54,878 nt of DNA from a virus (IMGVR_UViG_3300030099_002160:1-54878), one strand, 5' to 3'. Shown: positions 38,283-48,448, numbered from the stretch's first letter. A program made the numbers and translations. Notes: generated by a model from the sequence alone, not told the origin.

Positions 38283-40670
38283 TTACATCATTATATCTGG
38301 ATCTTCTATAGGTGCTTCATTACCTTTTCTCTGTTCAATCATTTTTGATTGGAAATGTGCACTCTTGGCAACAGTTTTTTCTCTAGATTTACCCTGAGTT
38401 CTGTTAGCCTCAATCTTACCCAGATTATTTATTTGTATTTTTTCAAGCTCTCTTTGATGTGCAGCTTGTTCATACTGATTTTTCATTTCAAACTCTATCT
38501 GCATTTTTCTTATCTCTAACTCAGCATCTAACTGTTTCATTTTAGCGTCTAACTGAGATTGCATATTCATCTCTCCTTGTTTTAGTTGAGCTGTAACTTG
38601 TGCTGATTGCTGTTGTTGTTGAGAGTTTGCTTGTATTTGTTGTTGAGCTATAGCCATCTGTTCTTTCTGATATTTCTTTCTTCTTAAAATTAACATTCTG
38701 TTTGCTAACTTAACATTGTTAATATCTCTTATTATTATAGCATCTTCTAGCCTAAGTTCTTTTTGTGCTAAAGATAACTGTATAGACTGCTCCAACTGTG
38801 CTCTCTCCTCCTCATCAGGCTCTACCTGAATATCTATACCAAACTCATGCAAGGATATATCTTTGTTTAAGTTAACCGTTTTCATAACAGCTTGACCCAA
38901 AGCTTTCATATATCCACTAAATGGCTTATCATACTTAACTATGTCTTGTAGCTTTAAACATATAGACTCGCCAGTATCTTCAATTATTTTTAGATACCCA
39001 TCATTAACAGATCTAGTAGCATTATTTGAAGCCATTAGCTGCATCTTCTGTATACCAACAAGTGCATCGCTAGAAGGTTTAGCACCATCTCTAGCTTCGT
39101 TTACTCCAGTCACATCACGTATCATATTTAGATTATGTTGATATATCTGTATCAACTGCATCATATCCCTACCTATACCATTTTCCAACTCTTGAACTGG
39201 AAAAGCATTAGTGGCATTACCCTCATCATCAGTTCTCCTATAATATATATTACCAGTTTGATCAAATATCTCCTGTAGTTCAAGTGGTGTAAAAGTACCT
39301 CCATCACCTTTAGATACATTCTCTAAAGATCCTATTTCAAAAGCAGCTCCTTTTGGTCTAGCCTTAGCCATAACTTGTTGCATCTTAAGATGTGCTAGTT
39401 GTATCTGATCTGCAAAGGGTATCATTCTCTGAACCATAGAAACATTACGCATCTTGTTTAAGTTCGGTGAATATATTGTATATGACAGCTTTGTTTCAGC
39501 TAAATTATTTTTTGGTCTAGACATATTCTTTGCAAGACCGTAGTTAAATATATAATCTGATCCTACAATGTATTTACCACTATATACAGCTTTTACAGTG
39601 CTGCTTACTTTTTCTCTTTTGTATTTAGAGTTTTTAGGAGTTTTGTATTTACCTTCTTTCTTCCTAAGAGAGAACCCTCCAAAAGCATTTTCTTTCTTTT
39701 CATAATTTAACTCATATGTACTAATAAATTCAGCATCCATAATTTCTACAGAAAATTTATCGTACTCATTAGAATAATCTCCACTGTTAGAAAAAGACTT
39801 TCCATATAAAGTATCATCATCTACTTTCTTTCCATACTTTTCAGCAATCTCTTTATATTCATCTTCTGTAAACTCATCCCCAGCTATTCTTTTTAGCTCA
39901 GATATACTAATAGTGTATATCTCTCCAGCATGATTTATATTTTTGTAACTAGGAGAATCAGAATATGAAGTTATTAGCTGTGTAGGATTTACATATTTAA
40001 TTTTTATACCATGAGAAGCGTCTATGTAAGTTTTCACAGCTGCTGTTCCAATAACAACTAAATCTCTAATTATTCTTTTCCTGGTTTCACTGAAATCATT
40101 ATTTTGCAATACATACTCTATACCATTTTCAAGAGATATTTCTTGAGCTAGTTTAAAGTGCATATCCATATATACTTGTAACTCTTGTATACTTTCAGGA
40201 ACAAATCCCTTTTTGGTAAAATCTTGACCTGTAATTTTTGACATACTAGCTCTAAGAGGTGCTGTCTTCATGTCAGCAAATAGTCCTCTAGCCTTATCAT
40301 CTCTTTGATCTATAGATAGCTTGTCTACTCCGTTTGCTCTAACTTTAAATTCTTGATTAAACATACCACCAGAAATAACATCAACAAACTTAGGGACTAT
40401 ACAAACTGGAGTCCAGTCTATATTCATGTAAGAAGTATCACCCTCTACGTCAAGAATATCTTTATATTTAGATACACTTTGGGTGCCTTCTGCGTAAGCA
40501 CGCATTTTTTCATATTGTCTTTTTCTATCCTGGTAGCTTAAGTCAGTATTACTCTTATAATCATAATACATTCTTTTTAAATATTGAAGACCATACTCTT
40601 TCGTAGCTTTTTCTTCATTGGTAGCAAAGACCGTTGGATATCCTCCTATAGTTTCAAATTGAGTTTTCAT
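38283..40670 (-). CDS. portal protein
   Basis: 795 aa after TerL; YAEGTQSVSKYK..SYMNIDWTPVCIVPKFVDV, IRDVTGVNEARDG; Gln-rich coiled-coil barrel. Confidence 0.88.
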   Translation of the reverse strand: MKTQFETIGGYPTVFATNEEKATKEYGLQYLKRMYYDYKSNTDLSYQDRKRQYEKMRAYAEGTQSVSKYKDILDVEGDTSYMNIDWTPVCIVPKFVDVISGGMFNQEFKVRANGVDKLSIDQRDDKARGLFADMKTAPLRASMSKITGQDFTKKGFVPESIQELQVYMDMHFKLAQEISLENGIEYVLQNNDFSETRKRIIRDLVVIGTAAVKTYIDASHGIKIKYVNPTQLITSYSDSPSYKNINHAGEIYTISISELKRIAGDEFTEDEYKEIAEKYGKKVDDDTLYGKSFSNSGDYSNEYDKFSVEIMDAEFISTYELNYEKKENAFGGFSLRKKEGKYKTPKNSKYKREKVSSTVKAVYSGKYIVGSDYIFNYGLAKNMSRPKNNLAETKLSYTIYSPNLNKMRNVSMVQRMIPFADQIQLAHLKMQQVMAKARPKGAAFEIGSLENVSKGDGGTFTPLELQEIFDQTGNIYYRRTDDEGNATNAFPVQELENGIGRDMMQLIQIYQHNLNMIRDVTGVNEARDGAKPSSDALVGIQKMQLMASNNATRSVNDGYLKIIEDTGESICLKLQDIVKYDKPFSGYMKALGQAVMKTVNLNKDISLHEFGIDIQVEPDEEERAQLEQSIQLSLAQKELRLEDAIIIRDINNVKLANRMLILRRKKYQKEQMAIAQQQIQANSQQQQQSAQVTAQLKQGEMNMQSQLDAKMKQLDAELEIRKMQIEFEMKNQYEQAAHQRELEKIQINNLGKIEANRTQGKSREKTVAKSAHFQSKMIEQRKGNEAPIEDPDIMM

Positions 40671-42695
40671 TTATATTCTCTTAGATATTATTCCTGTATT
40701 ATTATATTTTTTTACAAAGTTAAGATTTATTTTTCTAACTTTCTTTTGTCTAACGTGTTTTTGTGAAGCTAACAGAGCTAAACTAGAAGCAACAGTAGCA
40801 TCATACTTTGTTCTATTGTCTGGCTCAAACCTGCTCCAGTCATTTAGTAGTCTGTTAAAATAACATTTACCCATCTCTCCAGTATCCTCGTTGTAACCTA
40901 TATGATCATAAACATAGCTAGCCACAGCCTCTGTCTGAGCATTTAAGACAGCTACACCAGTAGATGGTATACCTTTTGTTTTTTGAGATCTACTATTACT
41001 AGTGTGAGTAGACTCTGGTCGATCCATCAAGTATTCATAGTATCCTCTTCTTTCAAAATACTTTATTATACCGACCTTGTTATTTTCTATAAGTATTGGA
41101 CATCCATAGTATACACAAGTTTTTATCACATCCTCGTAAAACATCTCAGCCTTAGGAGGTCTAGCTATGTATTCACAAACAAACTGATTTGAGAAGTCAT
41201 CCATCATGCTAAACTTTTTGTAAACATAACAAGCAGCATCAGATCTTCTACCGTCAGTAGTAGTGTCGTGATCATAAGGGTCACAACCAGCCACCATCTC
41301 CATACTATTAGCAGGAGCTTTTCTGTTTCCAACTTCTTTTATTTTGTTTCTCCTATCTTCTGGCGGCAACCAAGATATTCTCCACCTGCCTTTTGAATTA
41401 GGAACCCACTGAACTTTTCCATCTTGAGTTCCACCCTTCCATATAAAGTCTCCTTTTACCACTAGATTTGTAGCTTGTTCGTTATAATCCATCTGCTGGT
41501 ATATCTTTTCAACATCAAAGGGACTATGTCTAGAATCACTTCTAAAAGCTTCATCTATAGTAAAGGGTCTTTGTCTTTTTTCTTCAGACAATTTAGTAGT
41601 ATTATTTTTATAGGCATCTCTTATGTTTTGTAAATACTCTTTAGATCCAATACTTTTACCTATAAATTTAGACTGTTCTTTTGTTGGTGTATCAATCACA
41701 GAAAATCCGTACTCATCTATGAATCCTTCGTACCCATCATAAGCTGGAGTAAAGTAAGAATACATACCAGATCTAGTTCTTCCGTTAGCATCTCTGTCTT
41801 TTACATCGCTGTCATACCATATATTTTTAAAGTTCTCACCACCTGAAACCTCAAGCTCATTGACAGTGGAAGGCATAAAACATTTCCCTATGATTCTATC
41901 TCCTAGTGTTAAACAAGATCTTACAACTTCCCAGTTTTTTTCTACACTAGCCTCTGTCCACTTACCAGCCTCGTCACATAGATACCTTATTAACTTTACT
42001 GAGTCATAAGAGTTTTCTCTAGTGTTTCTCCAGTCTATTTTACTATTCAAAGCCTCTGACTTTGTAACTTTGGAAAAGTTCTTAGTTATCTTCTGACCTG
42101 GTGTGTTAAAACTAAGTGTGCTTTTAGGATTGTCACTACCATCTATTATAGGCTGAAAAAAGAAAGGCAAACTTCTAAACATATAAACTAATTTGTCTGT
42201 AAACAAAGATTTAGCGTCAGCACCAGTTTTGCTAGTTATGCCTCCATGAGAATTGTATCTTGATGTTATTTCATGTAGCAACATAGCAGCCCCTTTGTAG
42301 GAAGCACCCTCTCTTCTATGCTTTACCATTACCATCCCAAAAGAATTAGGATCTTGCTTGCATATTTCCCAGAATATAAAAAACCTTCTGTCTCTATCTC
42401 TGTACTCAGGATATCCTACGTCCATCTTGCACCAGTTTAAATAATAGTAATGCTCTCCAGTTATGTAGGTAGGCACACCATTATTCATAAACCAGACCCC
42501 TTCTTCTCTTCGTTTAAACTCTTGGTCTATAAACCAAGAATATTTTGAAACAGTTTCTTGACTGAGACCATCTGGCATTTCTGTTCTTTTCCACTTCTGG
42601 TCTTTCTTTTTTAAATCTGAAAACAGTATTTCTTTTTTCTTAGGCTTTACGGGAAGTTTAAACTTCAAACTATTTACTTGTATATACTCCGACAT
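40671..42695 (-). CDS. terL: terminase large subunit (start likely MSEY at 42695)
   Basis: KHRREGAS (Walker A variant), YLCDEAGK (Walker B), MPST, nuclease AGCDPYD, IENNK, KYDATVASSLAL. Confidence 0.92.
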   Translation of the reverse strand: MSEYIQVNSLKFKLPVKPKKKEILFSDLKKKDQKWKRTEMPDGLSQETVSKYSWFIDQEFKRREEGVWFMNNGVPTYITGEHYYYLNWCKMDVGYPEYRDRDRRFFIFWEICKQDPNSFGMVMVKHRREGASYKGAAMLLHEITSRYNSHGGITSKTGADAKSLFTDKLVYMFRSLPFFFQPIIDGSDNPKSTLSFNTPGQKITKNFSKVTKSEALNSKIDWRNTRENSYDSVKLIRYLCDEAGKWTEASVEKNWEVVRSCLTLGDRIIGKCFMPSTVNELEVSGGENFKNIWYDSDVKDRDANGRTRSGMYSYFTPAYDGYEGFIDEYGFSVIDTPTKEQSKFIGKSIGSKEYLQNIRDAYKNNTTKLSEEKRQRPFTIDEAFRSDSRHSPFDVEKIYQQMDYNEQATNLVVKGDFIWKGGTQDGKVQWVPNSKGRWRISWLPPEDRRNKIKEVGNRKAPANSMEMVAGCDPYDHDTTTDGRRSDAACYVYKKFSMMDDFSNQFVCEYIARPPKAEMFYEDVIKTCVYYGCPILIENNKVGIIKYFERRGYYEYLMDRPESTHTSNSRSQKTKGIPSTGVAVLNAQTEAVASYVYDHIGYNEDTGEMGKCYFNRLLNDWSRFEPDNRTKYDATVASSLALLASQKHVRQKKVRKINLNFVKKYNNTGIISKRI

Positions 42696-42716
42696 AATAA
42701 ATTTTAGCCAATTATG

Positions 42717-42724
42717 CAAATATA
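42717..42724 (-). promoter_or_regulatory. Bacteroidota -7 promoter element
   Basis: TATATTTG upstream of terL. Confidence 0.6.
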
Positions 42725-42743
42725 ATAAAATAAATCTTACTCT

Positions 42744-43037
42744 CTATTTTTTGGCATACTTTTCTGAGAAGCCAGCTTTGAACGATTTCTCCTCTAAATC
42801 CATATCATCTTCAATAGATTCACCTTCTTTTATTTGATTTTGTATCTTGTTGATAGCCATGAGTATATCTTGAGCGTCCATAAAACACTCCTTCTTGGCT
42901 TTCATAGCATTTCTAGCTTTGTCATCCTGAAGATCTGGATCTATAGGTTTCTTAACTTCCTCCAGCAAAAGATCAAAAGCTTTGTTCCCAGAGTCTATAA
43001 GACTTTGTAGCTTTTTATTAACATCTACTTCTTTCAT
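42744..43037 (-). CDS. candidate terminase small subunit
   Basis: 97-aa helical protein directly upstream of terL. Confidence 0.5.
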   Translation of the reverse strand: MKEVDVNKKLQSLIDSGNKAFDLLLEEVKKPIDPDLQDDKARNAMKAKKECFMDAQDILMAINKIQNQIKEGESIEDDMDLEEKSFKAGFSEKYAKK

Positions 43038-43275
43038 TTACTTTCATATTTAGCAACACAGAGCACCTTTCATATTCCTCTAAGTCTTCATAATACTCTA
43101 TCATAAAGTCTATGCACTCATCTAGGTCTTGTTCTGTTAAGTCTTCCTCTACCATATTCCACAAAAAACAAGCTGGACTTTTTGAAGTTAATATCTGATC
43201 TATAGTTTTTCTACCCGTTAATATATCATATGAGTTTGAAACGCACATATCTAATATTTCTTCTTTAGTCATCAT
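43018..43275 (-). CDS. hypothetical protein with UVR-like C-terminal motif
   Basis: YYEDLEEYERCSVL; overlaps both neighbours. Confidence 0.6.
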   Translation of the reverse strand: MMTKEEILDMCVSNSYDILTGRKTIDQILTSKSPACFLWNMVEEDLTEQDLDECIDFMIEYYEDLEEYERCSVLLNMKVNERSRC

Positions 43276-43853
43276 TTTTCTACTTTTGCTAATATGTCAA
43301 AGTTACGCATTCTTAACAACTTATCACCCTCTATCTTCATATCATATTCAGAATTTTTAGAAAATATAACCTCATCTCCTTTTTTTAAGCCCATTTTTTT
43401 CATTTCGTCATTCATATATTCTATGTATCCATATAGCTCTTCATCTTCTGCTTCTGGCTTTATGTATATACCAGACTCTGTGATATAGTTAGATTCGTCC
43501 TCTATTTTCTGTCTAACAAAGTTCCAGTGATTTAACATCTTAAGTTTACCTTTTCTAACTCTAGCATACACATGAGCACAGTGAACTTTAAAAACTTTTT
43601 CTTCATCATGATATGTTAACTCATTCTCTTCGCTTATTAAAAAGTGATGACAATAAACTTTATCGCCTTCTTTTACATCCATAGATATACCGTTGGACAA
43701 AGCTATAGGTACTCCAACAACTGTGCCATACTGTCTGGCGTGGTGCATATGGTTATAACTTGTTTCTAAAAATAACTCTCTACCATTTAACTCTATGGTG
43801 TCTTCGTGAGTCTTTTCTACTTTTACAAAAAAATAATCTCTTATAGGTTTCAT
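43272..43853 (-). CDS. GroES-like co-chaperonin with two tandem domains
   Basis: MKPIRDYFFVK...GTVVGV...VKEGDKV, then ITESGIYI...LKKGDEVIFS..SEYDMKIEG.KLLRMRNFDILAKV. Confidence 0.8.
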   Translation of the reverse strand: MKPIRDYFFVKVEKTHEDTIELNGRELFLETSYNHMHHARQYGTVVGVPIALSNGISMDVKEGDKVYCHHFLISEENELTYHDEEKVFKVHCAHVYARVRKGKLKMLNHWNFVRQKIEDESNYITESGIYIKPEAEDEELYGYIEYMNDEMKKMGLKKGDEVIFSKNSEYDMKIEGDKLLRMRNFDILAKVEK

Positions 43854-44137
43854 ATCACTTCGTATTTTTCTCGTTCTTCAATATCATACTCTATCGCTGT
43901 TGGTTGACCAAAAAACCTTTTCCATGGCTTTGAAAACTCATCGTCTTTGGTTTTTACGTAAACATCATACACTACTTGTTGATGCTTGTACCAAGCAGCT
44001 TCGTCCTGTATTATAGCAGTTATCTCTATATAACCACCGTTCATTAACTGTCCAACCTTATAAGTTAGCCCCTGTTTCAAATCCCCTATAGTTATCTTTC
44101 TAATAATAGGATTTATAGATTCTATTTCACTCATCAT
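43850..44137 (-). CDS. conserved hypothetical protein (start likely 44137 or 44134)
   Basis: IIRKITIG...YKVGQ...PWKRF...IEYD. Confidence 0.65.
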   Translation of the reverse strand: MMSEIESINPIIRKITIGDLKQGLTYKVGQLMNGGYIEITAIIQDEAAWYKHQQVVYDVYVKTKDDEFSKPWKRFFGQPTAIEYDIEEREKYEVI

Positions 44138-44474
44138 CTTTTGTATTAGTATTATATTCAGAATCAAACTCATAAGTATAAACTTGCTGATCTGATGAAA
44201 TATCTTGAGACTTTTCTTTTTTTAACGCAACCTTAAGAAGTATTAAGTATCCTATAAGATCTGATATTGTGTCTTCTGTTTTATCATTTATACCCTTGTT
44301 CTGTATACGCATAAGCTTATCATTTATACGTGCACACAAAGAGTCCACTGGAGATCTTGAAGGAAATACTGTTGATGGGTTGGTGGCTGAATCGCCATAG
44401 TCTCGATTCTTCTTTATAAGAAGATTTTTCATAGATTCGCACATCTCCTCTATGAGTTGTTCTGTTGTTTTCAT
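44127..44474 (-). CDS. DUF1599 / nucleotide-modification-associated domain 1 protein
   Basis: KKNRDYGDS, RINDKLMRI, EDTISDLIGY. Confidence 0.8.
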   Translation of the reverse strand: MKTTEQLIEEMCESMKNLLIKKNRDYGDSATNPSTVFPSRSPVDSLCARINDKLMRIQNKGINDKTEDTISDLIGYLILLKVALKKEKSQDISSDQQVYTYEFDSEYNTNTKDDE

Positions 44475-44531
44475 GGTATTGTATTAAATTAAATTGTCAC
44501 TAATATAGTGAAAAATTTTTATTAACACAAA

Positions 44532-45926
44532 TTACCCAATAATTCTACTTAATTTTATGTAAGCTACAGATATATACCTAGCTGCCGCACTAAGAGTTTT
44601 AGCCCCAATAAAAGAAAATAAAGGAACCCCATTAGTAAGAGCGTTTGATTTTGTTGTTGACAAACTTTGAGTAGCACCACCAGCTGTTGCTGAAGTTACT
44701 AAACCATACTGAACCTCGTTGACAAATGCAGACACTTGCCTGTTGGAGTCTATTTCTATTCTTAATCTGTAGGAAGTAGTGTCAGCAACCGCTATGCCTA
44801 GGTCCGTAACAAAATGAACTCCATCTACAGAATATATAAAGTGTAAATTAGCATTTGTTGTTAGAGCTGTAGTAACGGGACCATCATCACTGGTGTAAAG
44901 AAAATACGCCTGATCAGAATCTGTGTAATCATCAGAACCACTTTTTTTAAGACCTCCCCAAAAGGCAAAGTTATCTTTATCATTAACATATATAGACGTT
45001 TCCCATTCAAGTTCTTTTTGTGTTAGAAAAGAGTTTTGATCCCATAATGTCTGACTAGATTCCTGATGTGCTTGCAATAAAATCTCATCATCATCTGAGC
45101 TTCCAGTTTGTAGTTTAACACCACCTATAGCTGTGTCCCAAGACACAGAAGATGTTCCAGCAACATCTGAATATTCAAAATTAACATTAGCTTTTGCTCT
45201 AGCGGTAATAATAGCATCATTATCACTATGACTAGCATCAGCATTAGTTAAAGGTGCATGAAGTGTATCGTGAAGAGAAGGTAGTTGTGAAAAATATTCT
45301 TCAAGCTGTATTCTTTGAGTTGATTGTCTAAAAGAACCTTTCCCTGTCATTTCTATATCACCATTAACTATAATTTTATCATTGATATTATCCACAACAA
45401 ATAAAGTATTATTGCTACTGCTAGTAATTTTAAATGCTTCAAATCCTGGACCTAAAGAGAAAAGTGCAGACCCTGAATTAGATCCAACATGTAAAGAACA
45501 GGTAGGTACAGTCTGAGATATACCAAAATAAGTAGAGTTAGAAACAACTCTACCCTCAGAGTCTTCTACGTAAAAATAAGTATTGTTACCACTAGACGCT
45601 GTGTCTATATCTCCAAGCTTAACATTATAAGCCCCTAAGAAGTCTCCAACATAAAACTTATTGTAACCATTAGGATTCTGAACTAAAAGATTTTGAACAC
45701 CCGTTCCAACTATATGCAAGTTAGCTCTAGGAGTTGATGTAGAAGACAAGTTTAAAGATAGATTACCTGATATATTAGCTCTGGTCTCGCTAAGAGACAA
45801 AGAACTATTGTTGCCATCACCATCTTCTATTACAGTTGGTGTAGATCCGTTAAAACCTACAGTGGACTCTGTCTTTAATAAAGTCTTATATGTATCTTTT
45901 ATGTTTTGTCCTGTTAATGTTGCCAT
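44532..45926 (-). CDS. tail fibre/spike-like protein with C-terminal lectin-like beta domain
   Basis: MATLTGQNIKDTYKTLLK N-terminus; P.ANLHI / PTCSLHV fibre repeats; YRLRIEID...AFVNEV. Confidence 0.65.
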   Translation of the reverse strand: MATLTGQNIKDTYKTLLKTESTVGFNGSTPTVIEDGDGNNSSLSLSETRANISGNLSLNLSSTSTPRANLHIVGTGVQNLLVQNPNGYNKFYVGDFLGAYNVKLGDIDTASSGNNTYFYVEDSEGRVVSNSTYFGISQTVPTCSLHVGSNSGSALFSLGPGFEAFKITSSSNNTLFVVDNINDKIIVNGDIEMTGKGSFRQSTQRIQLEEYFSQLPSLHDTLHAPLTNADASHSDNDAIITARAKANVNFEYSDVAGTSSVSWDTAIGGVKLQTGSSDDDEILLQAHQESSQTLWDQNSFLTQKELEWETSIYVNDKDNFAFWGGLKKSGSDDYTDSDQAYFLYTSDDGPVTTALTTNANLHFIYSVDGVHFVTDLGIAVADTTSYRLRIEIDSNRQVSAFVNEVQYGLVTSATAGGATQSLSTTKSNALTNGVPLFSFIGAKTLSAAARYISVAYIKLSRIIG

Positions 45927-45938
45927 GTTATTTATTTA

Positions 45939-47633
45939 TTAAAATAATCCGTAATAGTCTAAATAGACAAGAATCCTACCCGCTGTAGCGTCTGTTGTTC
46001 CGTTTGATGTTCCTTCACTAACAATATAAAGAAAGCTGTCTGCTGAAAGCTCACCATTAGTCTGGAGAACATCCTCTCTTCCTCTACCACTAAAAAATTG
46101 TTTTTTAAGGTTTCCAGATCCAGATCCAATGTTAGGTCCAACATCACTTAGGACATCATCGGTTCCGTAACTAAATATACTGGGAGTGGAGCCATCTAGT
46201 AGAGGTTTATAATTAGCAGGTACAGTTCCAGCAGAAACACCATTATTTGTCCCTAGTCCCAACTCAAAATTATAAGTTGCTAAGTTACTAAGTTCTTTTA
46301 CTATTATTGTCACTGATTTTATCCTTGCAAACTGAGGTATCTGTACTGTTCCTATTTGCTTTATGACACCATGATCAGTAGTGTTGGCATCAAAAATATC
46401 TACTTCTGCTACGATAGTAACAAAACCAGTACCCATCTTTACCACTCTTACAACATCGTTTGAGTTATTGCCAGTTACGTCAGTAAAAATCAGATCACCA
46501 TCTGGCTGAAGTGCCAAAATAGCTCTTTGAGACCCAGCACCATCAACAGTTTTGATTGTAGTAACACCCCTATCTAAAACCTGGATCTCACAGTAATCAT
46601 CTGTGGTTGCACCAGCTTTTTCGTATATTCTTAATTTGGAATCTACGCCATCTTCTCCAAAAAATTCAAAAGCAGGATTAGATGCAGTTGTGGTTTGCAC
46701 AGCAAAAGTGTTAGTAGTAGATCCACTACCGATTATAGCCTTAGTTTTACCATCAGCAATAAAATTTATATCAGCATCAGTACCTGCCGCATCTGTAGTT
46801 GAAAAATCAGCACCTCCACTAGAAGTTATACGTAACTTTAAAAAATCATCTGTATTACCATTATTATAAAAGAATGTGTCACCTCCAGCATTGTCTATTG
46901 CAAGATCTCCATCTATATCAAATGTTAAGTTAGCGGCTGTCCCATCATCATCTACTGTAGTTATTGTTGTTGCTCCAGCAGCACCTGTAGCTATACTAAA
47001 GTAATCTCCAGTATCAGCAGTGCTAACGAATTTAACATCCATACCTCCATCCGCAACCTGTGAATACAAACCTACATTGTTAGCTACTGTACCCATTAGA
47101 ACTGTATTATGTATTCCTATTTGAGTTATATTATTGTTGTCATTTATACCCCCATTATTAAGAATGGCTAAATTGTTATTTAGACCTGTATAATTAATCG
47201 TACCACTATTACCACTACCTACATTATCCATAGAGAGCTCAAGGTTTGTTTTTGTTGAGGTGACAGATGATACTGTACTTACAGTGGTCTTATACTCCAT
47301 TTGATTACTAGTCGTAACCTGAGTATTAGGTTGACCATCAAGGTGAAGAATATGAAATAGTCTACCATCAGACTCTAAAGAGTTACCCCCATGTACTAAA
47401 TATAAACCTTTTCCAGTTGTTAATGATGAGGTTGAGATATCTATAACGTTACCTGTTGTGTTTGCAGTAGCATTTATATCTAAAGCTATCTCATCTACAT
47501 CAAGATTTGATATTCTAGCTGCGGAAGTACCTCCACTTGTTGGATTTTCTATAAACAGTTTTCCCCAGGATTTTGATGGGGTTCCAAGACCTCCTTCTTG
47601 ATCTGCTCTGGGGACTATATTTGGTGTTGCCAT
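45939..47633 (-). CDS. tail fibre-like protein with internal repeats
   Basis: IVPRADQEGGLGTPSKSW N-terminus; Thr/Gly/Asn-rich; three ~38-aa repeats. Confidence 0.65.
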   Translation of the reverse strand: MATPNIVPRADQEGGLGTPSKSWGKLFIENPTSGGTSAARISNLDVDEIALDINATANTTGNVIDISTSSLTTGKGLYLVHGGNSLESDGRLFHILHLDGQPNTQVTTSNQMEYKTTVSTVSSVTSTKTNLELSMDNVGSGNSGTINYTGLNNNLAILNNGGINDNNNITQIGIHNTVLMGTVANNVGLYSQVADGGMDVKFVSTADTGDYFSIATGAAGATTITTVDDDGTAANLTFDIDGDLAIDNAGGDTFFYNNGNTDDFLKLRITSSGGADFSTTDAAGTDADINFIADGKTKAIIGSGSTTNTFAVQTTTASNPAFEFFGEDGVDSKLRIYEKAGATTDDYCEIQVLDRGVTTIKTVDGAGSQRAILALQPDGDLIFTDVTGNNSNDVVRVVKMGTGFVTIVAEVDIFDANTTDHGVIKQIGTVQIPQFARIKSVTIIVKELSNLATYNFELGLGTNNGVSAGTVPANYKPLLDGSTPSIFSYGTDDVLSDVGPNIGSGSGNLKKQFFSGRGREDVLQTNGELSADSFLYIVSEGTSNGTTDATAGRILVYLDYYGLF

Positions 47634-47652
47634 GTTTTTTCTTTTTTATATT

Positions 47653-47994
47653 TTAATTATAAGGATTTGGGAATACTGTATCGTCTATAGGCTGAATGTC
47701 ACCATTAGCATCTACGTTCCAGTATCCTTCATCATATGTTTGTTCTAGTTCTGCATCAGGATCAGCAGGCTGATAATCGTATACTCCATTTACCAATCCT
47801 GTAGTTATATCTAAATCCCAAGAGTCATTGAAATCATATAGAGTTGGTATAGGTGTCACCGCATCATACGTGCTTCCAGAACCTGTTGAGGTAGCAGCTT
47901 CCCACATGTAGTCTTCTATGACTACTCCCGCAGAAGAAGATCCAGCACCCGCTAAATCTCCAAAGACTAATGAAGCTCCTAATCCTAACGCCAT
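47653..47994 (-). CDS. acidic hypothetical virion-associated protein
   Basis: MALGLG.SL start; two WD/WN..D..G..QP repeats. Confidence 0.6.
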   Translation of the reverse strand: MALGLGASLVFGDLAGAGSSSAGVVIEDYMWEAATSTGSGSTYDAVTPIPTLYDFNDSWDLDITTGLVNGVYDYQPADPDAELEQTYDEGYWNVDANGDIQPIDDTVFPNPYN

Positions 47995-47997
47995 ATC

Positions 47998-48375
47998 TTA
48001 ATGTTTTGGTGCTAGGTAACATATTACCCCTCCATCAGCATCTCCTGCTGCCATCTGAAAAGTTGTCCATCTACCATAAATAGTTAAACCTTTAGGAAAT
48101 ATAGTTGTTCCAGATCCAGCGTTAATCTCTTCTCCCCCTGTACCTTCATCACCTGTTCCTGAAGAATGAGAACCAGTTCCTGTTGTTGTTATGTAAATCT
48201 GAGAGTTTTCATCTTCGTTCTCACAAGTCATAGCAGAAACAGTTGTGTCCGCCATAAATGTTATAGCACATATAATTTTGTCAGAAGGTGGAGTTACCAA
48301 GTCAGTATCATTTACAAATATTGATCCGTACTGTCCAAGGGTAGCTTCTTGTGCTTTCGTTCCTGATAATGCCAT
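47998..48375 (-). CDS. hypothetical structural protein (start likely MALSG at 48375)
   Basis: GQYGS, FPKGLTIYGRWT, VICY; promoter at 48402-48409 lies inside the longer track ORF. Confidence 0.65.
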   Translation of the reverse strand: MALSGTKAQEATLGQYGSIFVNDTDLVTPPSDKIICAITFMADTTVSAMTCENEDENSQIYITTTGTGSHSSGTGDEGTGGEEINAGSGTTIFPKGLTIYGRWTTFQMAAGDADGGVICYLAPKH

Positions 48376-48401
48376 TTTATTTTCTTTTAAATTGTTCCGT
48401 A

Positions 48402-48448
48402 CAAATATAGTAATTAATTCCAAATATAAGAAATATTTAGTATATTTG
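48402..48448. promoter_or_regulatory. divergent promoter region
   Basis: TATATTTG on - at 48402-48409 and 48421-48428, and on + at 48441-48448, at the strand switch. Confidence 0.7.

Noticed and set aside
11057-46869. Numerous + strand ORFs of 60-115 aa opposite the structural genes, and - strand ORFs inside + genes
   Set aside because: Antisense shadows of long genes, Ser/Leu/Phe/Ile-biased, with no start context or motifs
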